From a virus, in the IMG/VR virus record IMGVR_UViG_3300037961_003440, positions 1 through 64,000 of that record: a stretch of 64,000 bases of DNA; one strand, given 5' to 3'. A program made the position numbers and the translations under genes. Of this stretch, positions 50,201-58,516 are shown piece by piece. Each line of letters opens with the position of its first letter. Within the stretch, counting starts at the first letter, position 1. The notes under the pieces were generated by a model that was not told where the DNA came from, made no database searches, and worked only from the letters and a program-made list of their open reading frames with translations.

Positions 50201-52008
50201 CAGTAATTAAAATTGAACAAGTAGATATTGCATCTGAGGATGGTTTTTCTACAAATAATGCAGGTACATTAGTTAATGTAGATGTGTCCTCATCTTTTAA
50301 TAAGATTAATCAATGGGTTAATTTTGTTAATGATTTAACAGGTCATTATTTAGTTTCCGAACAAGATTTATCTAATAATGATATTCCTTTGTATATACAC
50401 TCAAGAAGAAATGATGTACAAGAATCTACGGCAAATCTTATACATCAAGTTATTAGCCATAATATTAATCATAACGGTACTACAATAACACATTATATAG
50501 AAATAGATAATGTTCCTTATTCAAATGGTTCTCATCAATTATATAATATGTATAGAGTTATGAGAATAGCAAAGGACTGTACTTTTGATTTTACCCCTAA
50601 TGATGTAGAAATGTATAAATTATCAAATAGATTTACTCGTATGCCAGCAGAAAATAAATGTTATACATTAGTAGGAAATTCAAATATTTTTCCTCATCGT
50701 GGTGCAGCAAGTACAAATTTAACAGCGTGTAATGAAGCAGTATTATCTATGTATGTAGGTTTAGATGTAGATGGAAAACCTAATTCAGATTATATTGTTA
50801 AAAGAGTTAATAATAGTTTTGCTACTGTTGATGGTAATAATAATACATTTATTAAAAATAAATCTTATAATTGTTTAGTTACAGATGGGATAACAGATTT
50901 AAATAAAGATTTATTATTTACAGGTGACGGTAGCCTTTCAAACCCCGATAGAATTGTATTTTCAGGTCAAATGAAAAATTTAAAAGGTATAGTTTCAATA
51001 GGTGAAGCATTTTCAGTAACTACTCAAAGAAATCCAATAAACAATACTGTTAAAAGATGTAATATAGCAAGCACAGTAGATATAGTAGAAGAAGTAGATG
51101 AGATAACAAATACTATATTAGAAACTAATAATATACAATTTAATCCAGAATATAATGTTACAAATGATTTATATTACATAGGTAACAATTACATAGGTAA
51201 TAATGCCTTTTCAGTTATTAATAGATTATTAAATTATAAAAATAAAAGATTATATATTGATGGAAGAAATATAAAAGGGTTAGATAATATTCCTGACGAA
51301 TGGAAAACTAATATAGTTTTATCAGAAAATGATGTTGATTCTCAAGTTAGCAATATTAAAAGAATACAATCTACATTTGATTTCTTTAATCATGTAGTAG
51401 TTTATGGTGATGGAGTAAAAGGTACTGGTAGAAATAGACAATCAATAAAAGAAACTGATAGAACAATAACTAAGGAAATAACAGACTTAACAATAAAAAC
51501 ACAAAAGGCCGCAGATGATTTAGCAATATCAACAGTAGAAACTCTTGATTCATTAAATAGTCAAGTAGAATTTCAAATACCCAGATTTAAAATACCATAT
51601 CTAAAGGCCGGTCATATTATTACATTAGATTATCCTACTCAAAAAATACCAACAAATTTTTATCAAGTCTTAGAAATACAAACTATATTTGGACAATTGC
51701 CTAAAGTTATATTAGGTAAGTATAGTCAATCTTTAGCAGGAGTATATACAGATATTATAATTAAAAATCAAGAAACAGATGGTCAATTGAGGGGAGATAA
51801 TTTTACTGATGAAACAGCAAATGTTTCCGAAGATGATGATTCCTTTATTCAACCAATGAAACTAAAAATAACTAAAACAACAACGGCATCAAGTTCTAAT
51901 AGTACAATAGGGTTTAATAACCTAATAGGGTTTAACAGTAGTGTAGGGTTTGTTTCTACATCATCAAGTAGCCAAGAAGTAATATTAGATGAGGACTTAA
52001 CGGGGTGA
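44242..52008 (+). CDS. Giant tail tip/central fibre (hub) protein, about 2590 aa
   Basis: FEGNVE...FKGRD and FNHVVVYG...LKAGHIITL hub-like motifs; position; GAGGGGAG RBS before ATG 44242. Confidence 0.75.
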   Translation: MVNVEYNSTIIPLNVGVPLLSPVSTWPHTSGTYSDTGSTIKSAFYNVSQNPRIIIKNTYVGKSINCYEIHNSPDTPLSSVASNVFEVKNIQRSGGFSTSVLNRVYPFNLNLESYLEVSAATKGNRICLEGQGALTTLISGSTLDTASDYFVVINADDPLNHHIAKITELHTYEVFGDGFDFEPAYHKEVPKGTKISIYKGPDSTDTHIVAVGYGLLGDSTTSDERHDSYVEVSRPTFYFYEDRCDVNKLLGDTKYKVTKTSAHGSGDPFTGGSLTFDFGKKQSTAHSLFHLTTPDLHKFGSSICFKTTSSHGNFIQDKSRYSQFGLLKDNLKINDETITQASGVMKQRIVSNGAVEVYNNPNIDYIWNTQPHSETYDTSLGEWDKCFKNINRDGHHLTTGLSKESYDSNIKRYVEYENSDTKNNAIPQVSNIDIYESIVSVGNFIEVNIPDPNRIVDLKIKPYDKVSLREQLDDIDYEGRMSIPLIGNANSSTTGWSLTIKGLSPNQDLRTIWGSSDVAALNPDGVAHSDNLNKLRIKNIIFMGDFNSAPVQGDDGYEQVFTITHRRNVNTDATWVVCTGNWSLEDFVNETAFVYTYNGRTKLFNTNVQIDTEWDGTNLKRDGNIVGINDSYLSNTEFFVRDRDLTGFRIPIKYGDKNLNYLKPLYDDYDCYQIKTTVRGNNSIVNVPNLYEYINGNIIYDNKLFEGNVEYLEDEIQPSGILQYKFKGRDRVSDVLDIVVNHNFTHTSDYIYTTNNPTNDLTTVIFNSNANTVNIKDFDYGDTVISLFSFDSIISTQTNIEVGDTLFCNINGKCRLIGIIQSISGETAVSGTYWNGSTRTAIPQPNNGYNITLTEATNYSSKNKTYGADNLRVSKKTTSLGKALSSNLSNNIRPTSLEGCSNKGLLFVDGNSINLTSGEKIEKLSNLSAIDSEFSQGFPISNIKGNEISANLPDYKFNITTDINENIIKKYDTISSPTEMGVLKIEALENKLSLITLAPIFPVVLAKTAENTLDTTLTNSQGLYFVNTQGLSNGGFLHYLSSETNNNGASKTFTNPGYIDDPTDVDGIDYRLEDNYGTFIWRYIGLQESDSTLVWNNAMIDRVWNVKYSQTNRELNHMYGNKSPINGYASAVRIEYDGVVRNWDYQSVITQAWLKQNSPEGREGFYNIEGSRFWDILKMPNEIRNQIAGFGLVLNPTYAFRESSLRSYYPKLSTRIGFPGDLINNLTGTYYQYRENYEAFDKGIENFYLFSTGDIYPDSYKRTNSIGFTNRNLSDYGIIFKSKGVKGNTIIEHSNYKGTIVDTLESDTSYEIMPINNSNKNTSELKRMGLMRLIEVTYDWHFNEVDYENLDDIVKSRKSRFTTEIKPLGDYVEFFPGEIDMLKTSFGNPKVIGFSIDGSTQANGEYTESGSLNGSALPYYIIEEGSTTIPNTVSGVMDFFKIYTDYDNFDTGSTNLLGTYQAQILGLTNIEGGYRTVNTGPNQLRLQGSWHTETGILAGNLASSVTQQPIGGTVGTYTAVVTTTNNTNRARGFICDITLDSPTNVSSIVFHEESSSVFIGKNIHYKGAHYQAGDTVTIAGSAVGSSQDIIITLQNSDLTTEHRIYLFQTGQASGQNNNALNYEDVITGTNIKRCDYTGLLKMTADGQDEPQDIHSYEVRTNEGDFIANSIAYTGLRAENYFFNYTTILGALDNDDGFYKGVYEDTAITTQTDAEKQKGYHIFIPYHVTGGSRNNLHESVGALPLKRGTPIRFGSLLPFSQGVDVDLRSTQGNTTKSLSRVIDAFSEWDDGTQTANTRPVGYAPSHLYTDTMLVIKRLKAHNHSMLGQSKGFPMQNAHIYGDTTSINTKINTEEIYNGSTIPNLHLSFCFTDSQSSFPSILYAYNFTDVSQYPNRTTYGFESTGTQAYGSVSTNNHRFLSSTGGRNVVDDRGNDLLDKSDQIYGAEILFKLNLSLLASNVSVIELDNLSQTSGSLTLNANGSTTNGRAVIKIEQVDIASEDGFSTNNAGTLVNVDVSSSFNKINQWVNFVNDLTGHYLVSEQDLSNNDIPLYIHSRRNDVQESTANLIHQVISHNINHNGTTITHYIEIDNVPYSNGSHQLYNMYRVMRIAKDCTFDFTPNDVEMYKLSNRFTRMPAENKCYTLVGNSNIFPHRGAASTNLTACNEAVLSMYVGLDVDGKPNSDYIVKRVNNSFATVDGNNNTFIKNKSYNCLVTDGITDLNKDLLFTGDGSLSNPDRIVFSGQMKNLKGIVSIGEAFSVTTQRNPINNTVKRCNIASTVDIVEEVDEITNTILETNNIQFNPEYNVTNDLYYIGNNYIGNNAFSVINRLLNYKNKRLYIDGRNIKGLDNIPDEWKTNIVLSENDVDSQVSNIKRIQSTFDFFNHVVVYGDGVKGTGRNRQSIKETDRTITKEITDLTIKTQKAADDLAISTVETLDSLNSQVEFQIPRFKIPYLKAGHIITLDYPTQKIPTNFYQVLEIQTIFGQLPKVILGKYSQSLAGVYTDIIIKNQETDGQLRGDNFTDETANVSEDDDSFIQPMKLKITKTTTASSSNSTIGFNNLIGFNSSVGFVSTSSSSQEVILDEDLTG

Positions 52009-52012
52009 TAAA

Positions 52013-52348
52013 ATTTTAACAGAAACAGGCAAAGCAAAAATAAGAGATTTAATTAGTGCTGAATTTAATACAATGAAAATAGGTACAGGTGGAGATAGTA
52101 CTAATCCTATGGCTACCGATTTAGATTCACCATTAGCAAGTACAACTGCTACAAAAGTTAGTACAGGGCAATCGGCATTAGATTTTATAGGTACATTTTC
52201 AGGTGCAACAATAGCAGGTCAAACAATTAAAGAAATGGCTATTTTTAATTCAGCAGGTATTATGTTGAGTAGAGTCAGTTTTAATCCTATTGGCCCATTT
52301 ACAGCATCAGATTCAATAGAATTGGTTTTTACATTAGAGGTGAATTAA
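52013..52348 (+). CDS. Small tail/collar protein
   Basis: (I)LTETGKAKIRDLI...KIGTG...IKEMAIFNSAGIMLSR; track start 52073, probable ATT start 52013. Confidence 0.7.
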   Translation: MLTETGKAKIRDLISAEFNTMKIGTGGDSTNPMATDLDSPLASTTATKVSTGQSALDFIGTFSGATIAGQTIKEMAIFNSAGIMLSRVSFNPIGPFTASDSIELVFTLEVN

Positions 52349-52349
52349 A

Positions 52350-54608
52350 ATGGTAGATTATGCAAATCAAGATAAAATAACATCCTTAAGCGCAGCAAGT
52401 ACAGATGGAATAACAGATGGTGTAGACCATCTTCATAGCGGTATAATTAAAGTATTGTCAAAAATAAATAAAGGTAATTATATTGCAGAATATGGTTCTT
52501 CTGTATTTCAACAAATAGCAGGTAGTAGCAGAACCAAATTTAAATTTAATGGTGATATAAAATATGTTAGAGATGGAAGAATATATGTTGGTACTCCGAC
52601 TGAGGTTGAATTAACTTCAGACCCTAATGCGTCAAATGATAGGTATGATTTAATTGTGATTTCAGGTTCAGCATTAGCAGTTAGAACGGGTAATGATAAT
52701 TCTACACCCGTTGTACCGGATTTACAAAATGATGATATTCCCGTTGCTTTGATAAAGGTTGTTGGTGGTTCAAGTGCAAATGCGACAGATAGACATATTC
52801 AACTATATGGATATGACAAAACTACTTTTGCTCAATCTATACAAAAGTTATACAACAATGTTGGTACAGAATCTGCGACATTAGAAGCAAATGGAGATGT
52901 ATCATTAACAGGTAGTTTAATCGTAGGAAGTAATATTATCAAAGCATCAGACTCAGGAAGCACAATTACGATGGACACCAACGATAATGTAACCATTGGG
53001 AACAACTTAACAGTAGGGAATGACTTAACTTTAGGAAATAATGTAATTAGAGCATCCGATGGAGGAACAGTAATTACAACAGATACAAGTAGTAATGCAA
53101 CTATCATTAATAACTTAACAGTAGGTGGCGATTTACTTGGGCCGGTTAATGGTACATTTAATATTGCTTCAATGCAAAGTATGGTGTTTAAAGTAGATAC
53201 TCAAAATAATCGTAATGATACTTGGGCTTTTATGAATGGGGCAGGTGCTACGGTTGTTTCAATTGATGAAGTAGGTAATGTAAGTATGAACCATTTAGAT
53301 GTCAAGGGAGGTATTATTGATTCGTCGGTAACAGGAACAATAACTATGCAACAACATACAGTACTTAGTAATGGCCTTACTGTTACACCAAGTAGACCAA
53401 TTACAAATCAAGGTTATAGAGAAACCGTAGCAAGTAAATATATGGCTTTAACGGCTAATTCTAATTCAACTTCCGGTACTGTCATTCCTGATGGTAATCC
53501 AAATGCTTTACCGATAAATAGTACGGATTATGTTATAAGGCAAAATCTTATGGAAGCGATACAATATCCTTTAGATTGCTTAAAAGAAGTATATTATTTA
53601 GGTACGAATGAAGATGACCAAGTTGCTATGATTAATACTTTATCAAGCGGTTTATATTCAGGAGGTTCAAGTGACCCACTTTTTGAAATGAATATAGGTT
53701 TAACAGCAACAAATTTTCAAAATAATAATGGGTTATATGGTAGCGGTGGATTTGTATGTTTAGCAACAGACCCGCTTTCTGGTGGTGTAACGGATTTTGA
53801 AAATAGAAAAATTACATTAGTAAATACCAGTAATACACCTGTTTATATATTTACTTATTTAGGTATAGGGGAAGAAGGCTTCAATAAAATGATTGCACCG
53901 CTTTTTGGTAAGGGTATTTTTACACAAAATAGATTGAGTGGTTTGACAGCCATGAATTGTGTTAATTTACAATCTATGCTACATACTCAAATATTAAATA
54001 CAATAACACAAGCCCCACATAGTCTAACATTTTATACAGGTGGTGGAGGCAGTACACTTAACGTACTTGATGCTTATGTTTTAAAACCAACAGAAAGTGT
54101 TACATTACAAAACTTTAGCGTTGATACTGAAAATCCTGAAGATGAAATGATGCATCATCATGGATTTATGAGTAATCAAATAATCTCTCAATTTTATAAT
54201 CCACCAATTTCAGGTAATAGTGGGCCGCTTCATTATTGGATGCCTATTGCTAATGCAACAAATACTATAACAAGTAAAGTATTGTATAATGGTGTACACG
54301 ATAGTATATTTCCTCATGTTGCACAATCAGGTTATACAATACATTCAGCAAAAGTAGGCGGTAGTTCAATTAATTTACCACCTCATGCACCTCAAGGAAC
54401 ACAATATTTTGTTTATGCTGAAACAGCAACTGTTGTAATATGTGCTAATCCAAGTGGAGGACATTCAATAGAAACTGCTGGTATTGCTTCACAAGATGTT
54501 TTTACTAACTCTACCGCAACAACAACAGGACAATCAGATACATTAGCGGCAGGTGAAATGGCAACTTATGTTAAATTGGCTGCTAACAAATGGTTAAAGG
54601 TGGGTTGA
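52350..54608 (+). CDS. Tail fibre protein
   Basis: DRYDLIV...PVVPDL...VALI N-terminal anchor pattern; tandem GNNLTVG/ASDxG repeats. Confidence 0.75.
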   Translation: MVDYANQDKITSLSAASTDGITDGVDHLHSGIIKVLSKINKGNYIAEYGSSVFQQIAGSSRTKFKFNGDIKYVRDGRIYVGTPTEVELTSDPNASNDRYDLIVISGSALAVRTGNDNSTPVVPDLQNDDIPVALIKVVGGSSANATDRHIQLYGYDKTTFAQSIQKLYNNVGTESATLEANGDVSLTGSLIVGSNIIKASDSGSTITMDTNDNVTIGNNLTVGNDLTLGNNVIRASDGGTVITTDTSSNATIINNLTVGGDLLGPVNGTFNIASMQSMVFKVDTQNNRNDTWAFMNGAGATVVSIDEVGNVSMNHLDVKGGIIDSSVTGTITMQQHTVLSNGLTVTPSRPITNQGYRETVASKYMALTANSNSTSGTVIPDGNPNALPINSTDYVIRQNLMEAIQYPLDCLKEVYYLGTNEDDQVAMINTLSSGLYSGGSSDPLFEMNIGLTATNFQNNNGLYGSGGFVCLATDPLSGGVTDFENRKITLVNTSNTPVYIFTYLGIGEEGFNKMIAPLFGKGIFTQNRLSGLTAMNCVNLQSMLHTQILNTITQAPHSLTFYTGGGGSTLNVLDAYVLKPTESVTLQNFSVDTENPEDEMMHHHGFMSNQIISQFYNPPISGNSGPLHYWMPIANATNTITSKVLYNGVHDSIFPHVAQSGYTIHSAKVGGSSINLPPHAPQGTQYFVYAETATVVICANPSGGHSIETAGIASQDVFTNSTATTTGQSDTLAAGEMATYVKLAANKWLKVG

Positions 54609-54609
54609 T

Positions 54610-55476
54610 ATGGATTTTCTTTTTACTAATTTAAAAAAGGGTACAAAGATTCGTAAAAAAAGATTAGCAGGTGGAGGTGGAGGTGGAGGTGCTCAAACAC
54701 CATCTACTAAATTACCCCCACCAACTAATATACCTATAAATTATCAGTTTTATTTAGGAACACCCGGTTCTAATGTTTATCCTGCAATTCATTTTACTTT
54801 TGTTAGTTTTGCACAAAATACTGTTTCAATAAGTACAGAAAACTTTGATACTTATACAGATATTACTTCTATGTCAGTAAATCCACCAACATCAAATCCT
54901 AATAATCCAATATCTCTTGTTCCAGAAACGACATATCAACAAGAAATATCAGTACCTGTTGCAACTGCTAATTCAAATATGGGTCATTCAGCAGGAATAG
55001 AAATAATCATTGGTGCTTTATTTAAGTTTAATCAATCTTATTCTCCTACACATTATTATGATTATGAATTAACAATTGTTTCTCAATCATTATCAAACGG
55101 TGCAACACTTAATGGTTTTGCAAATAGTAATGTACAAGGGCCAGCATCTACTATTCCTAATACTACTAATTGGCCGGCAGGTGGTAAAAGTGGTTGGTTT
55201 ATAGACCCATTTTTAACACAAAGTAATCAAACACCAGATACAGGTATTTACGGACAAAATTATAGTTTTATATTTGCTAATCCACCGTCTGTAACTAATG
55301 CTAATTGTCCAAGATTATTTATATTATATGGTGGTGGTAAAGGTTCTCAATTACCAATGCAAGTAGGAGACACATTCACTTTAAATTTAAAGGCTGGGTT
55401 AGATTTTAATGCTAATTATCCAAGTTCAACAACACCAATTTTTTATAATCATAGGATAGTGGTTACTTTAGTATAG
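54610..55476 (+). CDS. Putative receptor-binding or fibre-associated protein with poly-Gly linker
   Basis: GGGGGGG after a basic N-terminus; P/T/N-rich beta domain. Confidence 0.6.
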   Translation: MDFLFTNLKKGTKIRKKRLAGGGGGGGAQTPSTKLPPPTNIPINYQFYLGTPGSNVYPAIHFTFVSFAQNTVSISTENFDTYTDITSMSVNPPTSNPNNPISLVPETTYQQEISVPVATANSNMGHSAGIEIIIGALFKFNQSYSPTHYYDYELTIVSQSLSNGATLNGFANSNVQGPASTIPNTTNWPAGGKSGWFIDPFLTQSNQTPDTGIYGQNYSFIFANPPSVTNANCPRLFILYGGGKGSQLPMQVGDTFTLNLKAGLDFNANYPSSTTPIFYNHRIVVTLV

Positions 55477-55484
55477 GTGTTATT

Positions 55485-55628
55485 ATGGGTTATTGTTTAG
55501 CAAATTATTGTTTTACGGGCTATGAAATAACTATTTTAATAATATTAGAAATATTATTTTGGGCTGGATTAGGTTTTTTTGGGATGAAAAAGATAAAACG
55601 CAAAATTAAAAAAATACCTAAAAATTAA
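55485..55628 (+). CDS. 47-aa single-TM membrane protein (not in ORF track)
   Basis: AGGTG RBS; ITILIILEILFWAGLGFFG followed by KKIKRKIKK. Confidence 0.7.
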   Translation: MGYCLANYCFTGYEITILIILEILFWAGLGFFGMKKIKRKIKKIPKN

Positions 55629-55646
55629 AAATTGCGATTTTTGCAT

Positions 55647-55687
55647 AAAAAAAAACGAGGCATGGCCGAAAAACCGACCATACCCCG
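55647..55687 (-). terminator. Intrinsic-type terminator ending the replication arm
   Basis: Minus strand CGGGGTATGGTCGG-TTTT-TCGGCCATGCCTCG-T9; 14 bp stem with G-U pairs. Confidence 0.8.
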
Positions 55688-55708
55688 AAATTTTATACTC
55701 AATTTATT

Positions 55709-56314
55709 TTACCAATTTACTTGCAACTCACCAAATATACTTTTTTCTTCATCAAAGTATTTAACTACACCATTATCTTGTCCATATTTCCACAAATCAT
55801 ATGTCAATTGTGAATCTTTTAAACAATAATCTACCACATCATCATAATCTCCTGCTTTCCATTTTACCACAGAATCAATACTACTCATATTTTTCTGGTC
55901 ATCTATGGTACATTTAACTAAATTATCTAAATGAATTCTTTTACCATGTTCTTTTAATAAATAAGCACTTGTATCAATACATCTATTTGACTTATCTTCT
56001 AAAAATTTTCTTACAATATAAATATCCATAGAATCTCTAAGAACAGGTAAATCAAAAGCGTTAATATTATGCCCTAATAGAATTCCTCCTTTTTGGAAAT
56101 GTTCGTCTAAATCAAATTTAAACTCTCTTAATTCTTTAATTATAACAGTAGTATCTTTTTTTAAGTCTTTAAGAGGTTCATCTACATATATTACCCCATT
56201 ATTTCCATCCCATGTTGTAATACAAGCAACTTTGAATAGGTGAGTATTACCCCAACCTCCAATCTCATAACTTAAGTTTTTAGTTTCTATATCAAACGAT
56301 AATACATTACTCAT
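55709..56314 (-). CDS. DEDD-family 3'-5' exonuclease (RNase H-like)
   Basis: SFDIET, GHNINAFDLP, YCLKDS. Confidence 0.85.
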   Translation of the reverse strand: MSNVLSFDIETKNLSYEIGGWGNTHLFKVACITTWDGNNGVIYVDEPLKDLKKDTTVIIKELREFKFDLDEHFQKGGILLGHNINAFDLPVLRDSMDIYIVRKFLEDKSNRCIDTSAYLLKEHGKRIHLDNLVKCTIDDQKNMSSIDSVVKWKAGDYDDVVDYCLKDSQLTYDLWKYGQDNGVVKYFDEEKSIFGELQVNW

Positions 56315-57833
56315 CTTCTTTCACCTTTAATTTTACATAAGTCTGTGATTTTCTTAATTCTTCAAAAATATGTTTTACACTTTGCCAATGACGATAAAAT
56401 TTATTTCTACCACATTGTTCATTTTTTCTGAAGGATTCAATCATCAACTTCTTATCTACCCAACCATCTGTACCATTAACTTTAATCTTTGGGTTCGTTG
56501 AGTTATAAGCCGCAATATACATCTTCTCATTATTTTTATCAGAAAACCTTTTTGGTCTTTTCTTTAGTTTTTCTGTGAACCAACTTGTTATAGAATCAAA
56601 AGATTCATCTGTTAATTGTCTACCTTGTTTAATATGCTTTGCTGTAATCTTACTACTTCTTTCTGATATAGCACATAAAGCGGCCGCAATAGAAATGTTA
56701 TTAATCATATTCATTAAAAAGGTATTTAGTGCTTCATAAATATTATCATCAAAAGTATTCATATATTTCTTCATACCTCTCCATACATTCTTTAATGCTT
56801 TTTGACCATCATCTGTCCATTCAATAACTTTTCTTTTATCTCCATCAACAGCATCTAATCTATCTTGAACCCATCTATAAGTATTATAAAGCATCTCAGA
56901 AAATTCTTCATGATAAACTGCTGAACCATCTTCATCTTCTAAAATTTCTCCAACCATATCAATATAATCTTCTTCCATTTGTGCTCTTAAAGATTCAGGT
57001 ACATCTCTAACATAAAGCCACATTCTTTGGAATACACCTTTTGTTAAAATAACTTTTTCTAATCCTTCAGGTGGTAATGTCGTAGCCCACAAACTTCTTT
57101 GTGAATCAACAACTAAATCTCTACCCCATTCGGTTAGTCTTTTCTTAATTAAATGGCTCTTAGAATCTAAACGATTCATAAACTTTTGAAACAGCATAAC
57201 TGTTTCTTGTTTATGTTGTGATTCTTTAAATATACCAGAATGTTCAAACTCATCAAAAGCAATAATACCACTACCATAAAGGCTACCAAAAATGGTTAAA
57301 TCAATAACTTTAGGTATATCGTATTCGTCATCATCTCTTGCTTGTTGTCTATCATAGTCAGGATTATCTACATTTATTTTCATTGTTCCTAATAATGCTT
57401 GGTCTGTAAAACTATCAGGATTATTTAATGTAAATTGTCTAACTCCCGATAATGGTAAATTATTTCTTGTTGTAGGGTATGCGTTAATTAATTCAAAGGT
57501 TCTTTCCCATACAGGTTCAAGAAAATCAAACATAGTAGTCTTTCCACTTCTTGAAGTTTGAATCCAACAGTAATGGATTCTTGGGTCAAGCGTTAGTCTA
57601 CCAATTGGTACTCTAACTATATCTTTTAATATTTGTCCTAATGTTACAAAATATGACATCGTTGCTGAATAATCATTGTAAAGAGAAAACTCTCCTACTA
57701 CATTTTTCCATCTAATAGCATCTTTAGGTAATTCAATTTTCTTTGAGCGTATTACCTCTAAACTACTATTATCATTTACTTTTGCTAACGCATCATATAA
57801 TTCCCATTCATCTACATTTAAATCTTCAGCCAT
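56307..57833 (-). CDS. AAA+ ATPase, MCM-like replicative helicase candidate
   Basis: Walker A TSRSGKT, Walker B IIAFDE, GVFQR Arg-finger-like motif. Confidence 0.65.
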   Translation of the reverse strand: MAEDLNVDEWELYDALAKVNDNSSLEVIRSKKIELPKDAIRWKNVVGEFSLYNDYSATMSYFVTLGQILKDIVRVPIGRLTLDPRIHYCWIQTSRSGKTTMFDFLEPVWERTFELINAYPTTRNNLPLSGVRQFTLNNPDSFTDQALLGTMKINVDNPDYDRQQARDDDEYDIPKVIDLTIFGSLYGSGIIAFDEFEHSGIFKESQHKQETVMLFQKFMNRLDSKSHLIKKRLTEWGRDLVVDSQRSLWATTLPPEGLEKVILTKGVFQRMWLYVRDVPESLRAQMEEDYIDMVGEILEDEDGSAVYHEEFSEMLYNTYRWVQDRLDAVDGDKRKVIEWTDDGQKALKNVWRGMKKYMNTFDDNIYEALNTFLMNMINNISIAAALCAISERSSKITAKHIKQGRQLTDESFDSITSWFTEKLKKRPKRFSDKNNEKMYIAAYNSTNPKIKVNGTDGWVDKKLMIESFRKNEQCGRNKFYRHWQSVKHIFEELRKSQTYVKLKVKEDE

Positions 57834-58516
57834 TAATATCTCACTTCCTTTTCTTCATTTAATGCCTTTAAAATATTTTCAGCAGTTTTATTTCCTATGC
57901 CTTTTATTTTAATAATATCTTTATTATTAGACATTGATATTTCTGCTATACTTCCAAAGGTCTTTAATAGGGCTTTTGCTTTTTCTACTGAAACACCCTG
58001 TATTTCAGAAAGCACATCTACTCTTACATCATCTGTTTTTATTTTCTTAGGTAATTCTTTGTGTATAATTAAATTTTTATCTATATGTTCTGTTGTTGCT
58101 AATATAATATGAGCCGCAGTTCTATAACTATCTACCCATATAGGTTTTACATCTGTATGTAATGCTATTGAAGTTAAAGCACCAACAAACATTTTCTTTA
58201 GTTTTGTTCTCCATGAGGTTGAATTATAATTTGTTCTATGTAAATATTCTATTGCGTCATCTAATGTTCCGTATATTAGTATTATGTTTTTATTGTAAGT
58301 TCTATCCATATTATCTAATTGATTAAATATTCTTTTGTTTCTTATAGATTGTAAAAAGTCTGCGGCTGATTTTGCTTCTATACAACAATCACCAACAATA
58401 TAATCACCAATCTCTAACCATTTCTTTTCTGTTTCTATTTTTGCTTTTTTTGCTATTGTTTCTAATGTTCTACTTAACTGTGAGTTTTCTCTACTATCAA
58501 TTATTATCATGACCAT
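57833..58516 (-). CDS. ERCC4/XPF (Hef-like) nuclease with HhH repeats
   Basis: IIIDSRE, LEIGDY, IEAKS, IKGIGNKTA. Confidence 0.9.
   Translation of the reverse strand: MVMIIIDSRENSQLSRTLETIAKKAKIETEKKWLEIGDYIVGDCCIEAKSAADFLQSIRNKRIFNQLDNMDRTYNKNIILIYGTLDDAIEYLHRTNYNSTSWRTKLKKMFVGALTSIALHTDVKPIWVDSYRTAAHIILATTEHIDKNLIIHKELPKKIKTDDVRVDVLSEIQGVSVEKAKALLKTFGSIAEISMSNNKDIIKIKGIGNKTAENILKALNEEKEVRY

Noticed and set aside
51900-51955. ATAGGGTTTAA short repeats
   Set aside because: Explained by the coded IGFN/VGF peptide repeat at the end of the tail tip protein
1361-53107. Many minus-strand and alternate-frame ORFs in the track (e.g. 1361, 2857, 3996, 4156, 5320, 12966, 23112, 24030, 31568, 33124, 52832)
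   Set aside because: Shadows of long plus-strand genes, S/F/L/I-rich antisense composition, no RBS
44242-55476. Diversity-generating retroelement or invertible fibre cassette
   Set aside because: No reverse transcriptase, invertase or TR/VR repeat pair seen
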